Positions 25,859 to 32,000 of a stretch of 32,000 nt of DNA are shown here, piece after piece. Origin of the DNA: Vibrio vulnificus CMCP6 (lineage in GTDB: Bacteria; Pseudomonadota; Gammaproteobacteria; Enterobacterales; Vibrionaceae); the NCBI RefSeq assembly GCF_000039765.1, contig NC_004460.2, positions 690,001 through 722,000 on the forward strand, in the 5' to 3' direction. Position numbers and translations under genes: made by a program. Numbering within the stretch: the first letter of the stretch is position 1; every line of letters starts with the position of its first letter. Below the pieces are notes generated by a model. The model was given only the letters and a program-made list of their open reading frames with translations, was not told the origin of the DNA and searched no databases.

Positions 25859-25900
25859 AAAGGGCAAGAGCTTGCTCTTGTCCTTTCCTTTATCTCTTTG
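25859..25900 (+). terminator. Terminator of the hok-like transcript
   Basis: AAAGGGCAAGAG-cttg-CTCTTGTCCTTT (one G-U pair) followed by the T-rich CCTTTATCTCTTT. Confidence 0.7.
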
Positions 25901-25957
25901 TGAACTTGGTTTCTAAGCGCCCCTACTCTTGGTGGTTCCCGTAAAGGAAACACCACA

Positions 25958-28900
25958 ATGATGTCAATCAGCCCTTTAAGATCTCCCTCTAACGCTGCTC
26001 AATACTACTTAAACGAAGAAAACACCCAAGACCTACCGGACACCTCTCTCGAAAAAGACGCTAGCGACAACTATTACCTCAAGGAAAAACAACAAGGTGA
26101 AAACACCTTTTGGCATGGAAAATTAGCACAAGAAGCAGGATTGCTTGGTAAACCTGTAGAACAAAAAACCTTAGAGACTATCCTTTCTGGCACACTCAAT
26201 GATGAAACCATTAAGGGCAAGCGAGAAGACCATAAAAGTGGATTCGATCTCACTTTTTCTGCTCCTAAAAACGCCAGTATACTCGCATTGGTCGGTGGGG
26301 ATTCACGTCTGATTGAAGCGCACAACAACGCGGTGAAATTTGCCCTCTCAGAGTTAGAGAAGGACGTAGCTCAGGCCACGCACACCAACGAAGCTGGCGA
26401 ACGCGAGTTTCACAATACTCAGTCCATGATTTTTGCGGTCGTTCGTCATAAAACCAGTCGCAACAACGATCCACAAGTTCACTCCCATGCCCTCGCTGCC
26501 AATATGACCCGAGATCAGGAAGGCAACTTACGTACACTCGCGTCTAACTTAAAACAGAAAGGCGGCGTCATTAATGGCAGTGGCGAGCGCATCTATAACT
26601 TTCAGAAGTATTACACTGCCCTTTACCAAAGCCAGTTCGCCAGAGAATCCGAAGAATTGGGTTTCCAAACAAAAGGACTCGGTAACGCTCAATTTGATAT
26701 CGATGGCGTCCCGGAGTCATTACATAAAGCGTTCTCAACACGCAAACAGCAAATTGACCAACAGGTAATGGAGTTTGGCCATGATACCCAAGCAAGTAGA
26801 GACACCGCAGCCCTTGATACCCGACAGAGAAAAACTTACCACAGCGATTCGACCTTAAACCACAAATGGCAACAAACCGTAAAAGGTGAAGGTTTTGACC
26901 CTGCCCTTTTGGTCAAACAAAGCCAAGCAATGCCTCAAAAAGGCGGCCATGCCATGCAGCAAGCCCATGAAGCGTTTTCACATGCAATGACGCACTTGGG
27001 GCAGTACTCAACCTCATTGAGCCTTGAGAAAGTGATTGAGGTCGCGGCCTCAGACTTTACTAAAGGAACACAGCAAGCCAATGCGATTGATTTAAAGCAA
27101 GTCGCCGACGAGTGGATAAAAAACGGCCAGCTTGTACCACTGGCTGAGAAAGGACACTACACCTCCCAAACGATGCTGAAAAACGAAAAAGCACTCATGG
27201 ACATCACTAAGGGACGGACTCATAACATGCGCACTAATATCGATGAACCGACCCTAAACCGTCTCAATATTGCCCAAGATAATCGCCAAAAAGTGGCCGA
27301 CCTTTATGGCTCAACCAAACAGTTTCACGTGGTCAACGTATTTGGTTCTTCCGAGCAAATCGCGCAAAACCTACTTAACGCAGGCAACCACAGTGGTAAG
27401 CGAGTACAGCTTGTCTCTCAAAACACCCAACACCACCGCCATAATCAACAAAACATCCCCCGAGAAAGCCACACCTTTGTCACTTGGGTTAAGCATTTAT
27501 TTCAAGACGATCAGCGTCATACCTTACAAGGTCTACTTGATTCTAAGCACCCGCTGACCAACAAGGACATTATTTTAGTCGATAACGCAAACAAAATGAG
27601 TGCGAATGAACTGCTCTCACTCAGTGAAAAAGCCGGTAACAGCAACAGTAAAGTTATCTTACTTAACCGTGTCTCAAACCGCCAAGGCATGAAAGCGCAC
27701 AGCGCTATCGACCTTTACAGTAAAGGAAATGTCACGACGCACACCTGGGTCAACAGCAAACAAGCGGATAGCGTCGTGCGACTGCATAATCGAGAGGATC
27801 ACAACATCGCTCTCACTTACGCCGACTTGCCCGACAAAACCAATGCTCAAGTATTGGCAACCTCTGGAGTCGAACAACGGCGATTAACCAATGAGATACG
27901 CGCCGCTTTGAAGAACGATGGCCAACTCTCACGCACCAGTGTCACTGTCTTCACCCAGCAACCTCATTACCTTTCAAAGCCACAACAACAATTTGCAAAG
28001 CATTACCAATCCGGTATGACCCTCAGACAATGGGATAAGGGAAAACCTCACGACTTCGTGATCGCCAGTGTCGATAAAGCCTCTAACACCCTAGAGGTTT
28101 TGAGCAAAACGGACGGTAAAGCAAGCACTTTTGACCCTTCGTCTAAAGCGTTTCAATCTATGAACATGCAATTGTACAAACCAGACGCCCTTGAGATCTC
28201 TCAAGGTGAACGTATTCTGGCCACAAATAAGCACTTTCCTTCTCAGCTCGAAGCTGGACACCATTACCTTGTCACGTCCATCACTAAAAACTCATTAACG
28301 CTAACCAATCAACAAGGACAATCAAGTACGCTCCCTCTAGATAAATTGAAAGACGCGCCACTCACGTATGACTATGCTCACTCAGCTAATCACTTTGAGC
28401 CCAGAGAACATACCTTACTGTCGGGAAAAGCCTTTACGCTCTCTAAAGCATTACTCAATGACCTAACAGAGAGCAGTGCTCGCTTAGACATTTTCACAGA
28501 CCATCCTGAGAAAGCGCAACAAGCTCTAGAAAAAGCAGAAGTTCGCCCCTCAGCCATCGAACGAGTCCTGCACACTCAGCACATCAATGATCGCTATCTC
28601 TCTGAAGCCACAGAGTCTACCCTCAGACACGATATTGAACACGCCATTGGTGTACTCGCGAAAGAGCAACACGCGCCTGTTTCACAGAAAGCAGTCGATT
28701 TCGCCCTAAACCACCTGTCAGAAAAAGAGGCCGGATTTACTCAAAAAGAGCTAGTGATTGAAGCGGTACGTTTTGCTTTTGAGGAAACCAATAGCCCCAT
28801 CACCAAAGCGCACATTGAGGCCGAGCTGGCGGAGCGCAGTGACACCCTTTCTGCAGAATACAGTGACGGTACACGTTGGACGACAGAGGCAGCCATCGAA

Positions 28901-31744
28901 ACCGAGAAGCATATCCTTAGTAATATTGAACAAGGTAAGGGGCAACACTCCCCTTTTGCCACCTCAAAACAGGTACATTCCTACCTTGAGGCTCAATCTT
29001 GTCTCACTCATGGTCAAAAAAATTCAATTCATCTGATCTCCACCACAAAAGACAGCTTTGTGGCCATACAAGGTTTAGCCGGTACGGGTAAGTCCACAAT
29101 GCTCGAAACCAACATCGAACTCATCGCCCAAGCGGGAAAAAACCAACCTGATCAAATTATTGGTCTTGCCCCCACTCACTCAGCTGTCGGGGAATTGGAA
29201 AGTAAAGGTGTCAAAGCGCAAACACTGGAGAGCTTACTCACCGATATTCGCCAGGGCCGTGCCTCACCAGAAGACTATAAAAACACCTTATTCTTTCTGG
29301 ATGAGAGTTCGATGGTCAGCAATAAACAAGCGAAGGAGCTCACTGACTTGGTACTGCAAAGCCAATCTAAAGCTGTGTTATTAGGTGATAAAGAGCAGCT
29401 ACTGTCTCTGAATGCGGGTAAGCCGTTCGAGCTGGCCATGACAAAAGGCATCATCGATACCGCGCAGATCATCGAGTCAGAGCAAATGACCGACATCATT
29501 CGTCAGCGCAACAAAGCAACATTAGGTGCAGTGCACAACATTCTCGATAAACAACCCGACAGTGCGCTCGACAAACTCAGTCAACAAGGCGCGGATAAAC
29601 AAGGAAAAACGCAACATGTCATTTCAACACTTACCGATAACCCTCAAGACCCTCGAAAAGCGCAGCAAATCGCGACTGAGAAGCTTCCTTATGAAGTCGC
29701 ACAAGATTACCTATCACGTACTCAAGAAACGCGCGAAAATACGCTTATCATTGCTTACACGAACAACGAGCGAGATGCCATCACTGAACACATTCGCCAC
29801 GGCTTAATAAAAAAGAACGAGTTAGGCAAAGAAAATGTCATTGTGCCAAGACTTCGTTCTATCGGCGCCAGTGGCGAAGAGCTCAAAACGATGATGCCGT
29901 ACCAAAAAGGGCTTGTGCTCAGTACCAAGCCAGGGCAATACGGAACCATCACCAAAGTCGATTCTGAACATGGTGTGGTCGTGGTAAAGAGCCACGAGAC
30001 AGGGAAAGAAAGCGCCTTTTTACCAAGGCATCGCGATCATAAGTTTACTGCTCTGTTTTCGGTTTCGCATAAACCGTTATCAACAGGCGATAAGATCATC
30101 ACCCGCTTTACAGACAAAACTCGCGGCATTAAGGCCAACGTCGTGCACCACATTGTTCAAGCCGACAATAACGCCGTGATTGCCCAATCCAAAAATGGAC
30201 AATCACTCACGATCGATCCCGAAAAAATTAAGGATGGCCATTGGGATTACGCCTATACCCGAACCGCAGATATGGCGCAAGGTGCCACGTACCAAAACGT
30301 CATTACCTCTATCAAAGGGAAAGGTGCTCTAACTAACCTAAGACGTGCTTATATCGATTTAACAAGGGCAAGTGAACACGTCAGACTCTACACCGATAAC
30401 CCCAAACAGATGATGAAGAGCTGGTTATCCAAAGAGGTCAACAAAGCCAGTGCGATTGAAACCGTTAAGCACATCGCCCCTCAATCGACCACGTATTTTA
30501 ATGGCAACGCGCTTCCTCATGAAGACGTTCGTTATCAAAACAAAAATGGCGATTTCGATTACGACAAATTCAGAGAGCACATCAACTCTGAGTTACCAAA
30601 ATACACAGAAAGCCTCGCCATCCACCTATTAGGAGCGCCTAACAAATCGAAATCCGATCGAGACTATTTAACGTTTGGTACGGGCAAGTCCGCCATTAAA
30701 GTCAGTTTAACGGGGGACTATCGCGGTTATTTCAAAGATTACACAACAGGAGAAAAAGGCTCGCTGATTAATCTAATGATGAGTCATAAAGACCTCAGTT
30801 ACAAAGAGGCGATGAACGAGGCTCATCACCTCTTAAATAATCCTGAACACTATCAAGTTGCAATTAACAAGGATCACGACAAGCTTATGAATACAACACC
30901 AAAACACATTGCTCAATTTGAACAACGATCGAAAGATTATTTACAAGAAAGCCAAGAGCTAAAAGGAACATTAGCTGAGCAATACCTCCATAAGTTAGGT
31001 GTTAAAAACGCTGAGAACGACAACGTTCGTTTCCATCCCGCAGTTTACTCGTCAGAAGATAAAGCGTTCCACCCTGCTATGATTGCAAACATTCACAACC
31101 AGAAAGGAGAAACACGAGCGATTGAAATTACCTATCTTGACCATGATGCTAATAAAGACAGTGATATGGATGTGAACCCAAGAGTATTAGGGACCAAATC
31201 GAAGCAAATGACTCTCTTTAACCAAGGACAGGATTTAAACACAACGATTATTAGTACGGGCATTGAGCAGTCGTTCATAATAAATGAGCATACTCACGGC
31301 CAATATGACATCATCAATGTCAATCATAAAAATGACATTCAAAATATAACGCCTGACGAAATACGACAAAATGTCATTATTGTGTTGACCAATCAAAACT
31401 TAGATATCAACTCAAACAACATGGAGAAGATCATTAAAAAATTCTCTTCTCCTAATATTAACTTTGTTACCGAAGAAGATATGCTCAAGCAAATCACTGA
31501 GTGCATTCATAAATTTGAAGGACAGGATAAAGACATCAACCTCAATATTGCCATTGATGATAGTGTGTTGAAACAGCCTAATAGTGACCATAAAGATGTT
31601 ATTTCGTCTATACATAATGAGCGAGAGAGTAAAGAATTAGAGCACTTTGATCATAAAGAACATTCACCTCAACAAGATATTGACTTAAATAAAGCTCAAG
31701 ACGTAGACAAACATCTAGATTTAGACAGAGAGTTAGAACGATAA
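25958..31744 (+). CDS. traI: Relaxase/helicase TraI (MOB-F) with an additional C-terminal primase-like extension
   Basis: 1928 aa. The relaxase part has paired tyrosines (AAQYY, DNYY), GFDLTFSAPKNASILALVGGD and the His motif RHKTSRNNDPQVHSHALAANMT. The helicase part has Walker A GLAGTGKST, LFFLDESSMV, and YAYTRTADMAQGATY..RAYIDLTRASEHVRLYTD. About 430 further aa follow (see findings). Confidence 0.95.
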   Translation: MMSISPLRSPSNAAQYYLNEENTQDLPDTSLEKDASDNYYLKEKQQGENTFWHGKLAQEAGLLGKPVEQKTLETILSGTLNDETIKGKREDHKSGFDLTFSAPKNASILALVGGDSRLIEAHNNAVKFALSELEKDVAQATHTNEAGEREFHNTQSMIFAVVRHKTSRNNDPQVHSHALAANMTRDQEGNLRTLASNLKQKGGVINGSGERIYNFQKYYTALYQSQFARESEELGFQTKGLGNAQFDIDGVPESLHKAFSTRKQQIDQQVMEFGHDTQASRDTAALDTRQRKTYHSDSTLNHKWQQTVKGEGFDPALLVKQSQAMPQKGGHAMQQAHEAFSHAMTHLGQYSTSLSLEKVIEVAASDFTKGTQQANAIDLKQVADEWIKNGQLVPLAEKGHYTSQTMLKNEKALMDITKGRTHNMRTNIDEPTLNRLNIAQDNRQKVADLYGSTKQFHVVNVFGSSEQIAQNLLNAGNHSGKRVQLVSQNTQHHRHNQQNIPRESHTFVTWVKHLFQDDQRHTLQGLLDSKHPLTNKDIILVDNANKMSANELLSLSEKAGNSNSKVILLNRVSNRQGMKAHSAIDLYSKGNVTTHTWVNSKQADSVVRLHNREDHNIALTYADLPDKTNAQVLATSGVEQRRLTNEIRAALKNDGQLSRTSVTVFTQQPHYLSKPQQQFAKHYQSGMTLRQWDKGKPHDFVIASVDKASNTLEVLSKTDGKASTFDPSSKAFQSMNMQLYKPDALEISQGERILATNKHFPSQLEAGHHYLVTSITKNSLTLTNQQGQSSTLPLDKLKDAPLTYDYAHSANHFEPREHTLLSGKAFTLSKALLNDLTESSARLDIFTDHPEKAQQALEKAEVRPSAIERVLHTQHINDRYLSEATESTLRHDIEHAIGVLAKEQHAPVSQKAVDFALNHLSEKEAGFTQKELVIEAVRFAFEETNSPITKAHIEAELAERSDTLSAEYSDGTRWTTEAAIETEKHILSNIEQGKGQHSPFATSKQVHSYLEAQSCLTHGQKNSIHLISTTKDSFVAIQGLAGTGKSTMLETNIELIAQAGKNQPDQIIGLAPTHSAVGELESKGVKAQTLESLLTDIRQGRASPEDYKNTLFFLDESSMVSNKQAKELTDLVLQSQSKAVLLGDKEQLLSLNAGKPFELAMTKGIIDTAQIIESEQMTDIIRQRNKATLGAVHNILDKQPDSALDKLSQQGADKQGKTQHVISTLTDNPQDPRKAQQIATEKLPYEVAQDYLSRTQETRENTLIIAYTNNERDAITEHIRHGLIKKNELGKENVIVPRLRSIGASGEELKTMMPYQKGLVLSTKPGQYGTITKVDSEHGVVVVKSHETGKESAFLPRHRDHKFTALFSVSHKPLSTGDKIITRFTDKTRGIKANVVHHIVQADNNAVIAQSKNGQSLTIDPEKIKDGHWDYAYTRTADMAQGATYQNVITSIKGKGALTNLRRAYIDLTRASEHVRLYTDNPKQMMKSWLSKEVNKASAIETVKHIAPQSTTYFNGNALPHEDVRYQNKNGDFDYDKFREHINSELPKYTESLAIHLLGAPNKSKSDRDYLTFGTGKSAIKVSLTGDYRGYFKDYTTGEKGSLINLMMSHKDLSYKEAMNEAHHLLNNPEHYQVAINKDHDKLMNTTPKHIAQFEQRSKDYLQESQELKGTLAEQYLHKLGVKNAENDNVRFHPAVYSSEDKAFHPAMIANIHNQKGETRAIEITYLDHDANKDSDMDVNPRVLGTKSKQMTLFNQGQDLNTTIISTGIEQSFIINEHTHGQYDIINVNHKNDIQNITPDEIRQNVIIVLTNQNLDINSNNMEKIIKKFSSPNINFVTEEDMLKQITECIHKFEGQDKDINLNIAIDDSVLKQPNSDHKDVISSIHNERESKELEHFDHKEHSPQQDIDLNKAQDVDKHLDLDRELER

Positions 31745-31748
31745 AAAA

Positions 31749-31777
31749 GGGTAGCCATTAGGCTACCCTTTTTTTTT
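31749..31777. terminator. Bidirectional Rho-independent terminator
   Basis: AAAAAA-GGGTAGCC-atta-GGCTACCC-TTTTTTTTT. Shared by traI (+) and the convergent minus-strand gene. Confidence 0.85.
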
Positions 31778-32000
31778 GCCTTCAAGAAATGAATCCACCT
31801 GATTATCAATATCGGCTTTAACTTGGCGCCTAACGGGTTGAGACTCTTTTTGATCTTTAAATAACTTCTCACCATTAAATGTCTGACCATGAATAACATC
31901 CCCTATCGCAGAGGACTGGCGAACAACCCGATAAATCTCCTCCATCAGCTCTCTGTTTGAAGGACGGCCTTCATCACTATCATTCAGCTTGATCCGTAAA
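31763..32000 (-). CDS. Partial CDS (C-terminal part; continues beyond the window), function unknown
   Basis: The minus-strand frame is open from the window edge to the TAG at 31763-31765 (..NRELMEEIYRVVRQSSAIGDVIHGQTFNGEKLF..SFLEGKKKG). The stop codon and the KKK tail lie inside the terminator. Confidence 0.4.
   Translation of the reverse strand, partial: LRIKLNDSDEGRPSNRELMEEIYRVVRQSSAIGDVIHGQTFNGEKLFKDQKESQPVRRQVKADIDNQVDSFLEGKKKG

Noticed and set aside
25500-25957. An oriT/nic region immediately upstream of traI.
   Set aside because: The inverted repeats here are better explained as the hok-like mRNA leader and terminator. No F-type nic-like sequence context was recognised. oriT of F-like systems normally lies at the other end of the tra region, outside this window.
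1-32000. CRISPR arrays, rRNA/tRNA genes and long tandem repeats.
   Set aside because: No regularly spaced direct repeats and no conserved RNA-gene signatures were seen anywhere in the window.

Overview
This window is the distal half of an F-type (MPF-F) conjugative transfer region from a gammaproteobacterial plasmid or ICE. The tra genes all lie on the + strand in the order traU, two small ORFs, trbC, traN, traF, trbB, traH, traG, then traD and traI. Between traG and traD, where plasmid F carries its exclusion genes traS/traT, there is a visibly more AT-rich mosaic accessory island of about 11.7 kb (roughly 10.77-22.45 kb). The island contains: (i) a KilA-N-domain gene with a long hairpin-rich leader; (ii) a minus-strand operon of a 47-codon ORF, a ferritin-like diiron protein and an MFS transporter; (iii) a truncated, frameshifted IS3-family transposase remnant next to a 198-aa tyrosine recombinase; (iv) a two-gene operon encoding a SMODS/CD-NTase-like nucleotidyltransferase with a C-terminal AGS-C-like domain plus a SLATT-type membrane protein; and (v) divergently from that operon, a 1270-aa protein with an N-terminal SIR2-like NADase domain and about 1000 aa of unassigned C-terminal sequence (DSR-like architecture). 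Items iv and v are the best candidates for an uncharacterised anti-phage or anti-MGE system. A related AT-rich motif of about 25-35 bp recurs in direct orientation at the module junctions, suggesting cassette-like assembly. Between traD and traI lie a decayed endonuclease-I (EndA/Vvn-type) pseudogene and a hok-like type I toxin locus. TraI carries a C-terminal extension of about 430 aa that resembles plasmid primase (helper plus Toprim-like) modules but with the Toprim acidic residues apparently substituted. All family assignments rest on motifs read by eye and recalled family signatures. No database search, folding or statistics could be run.
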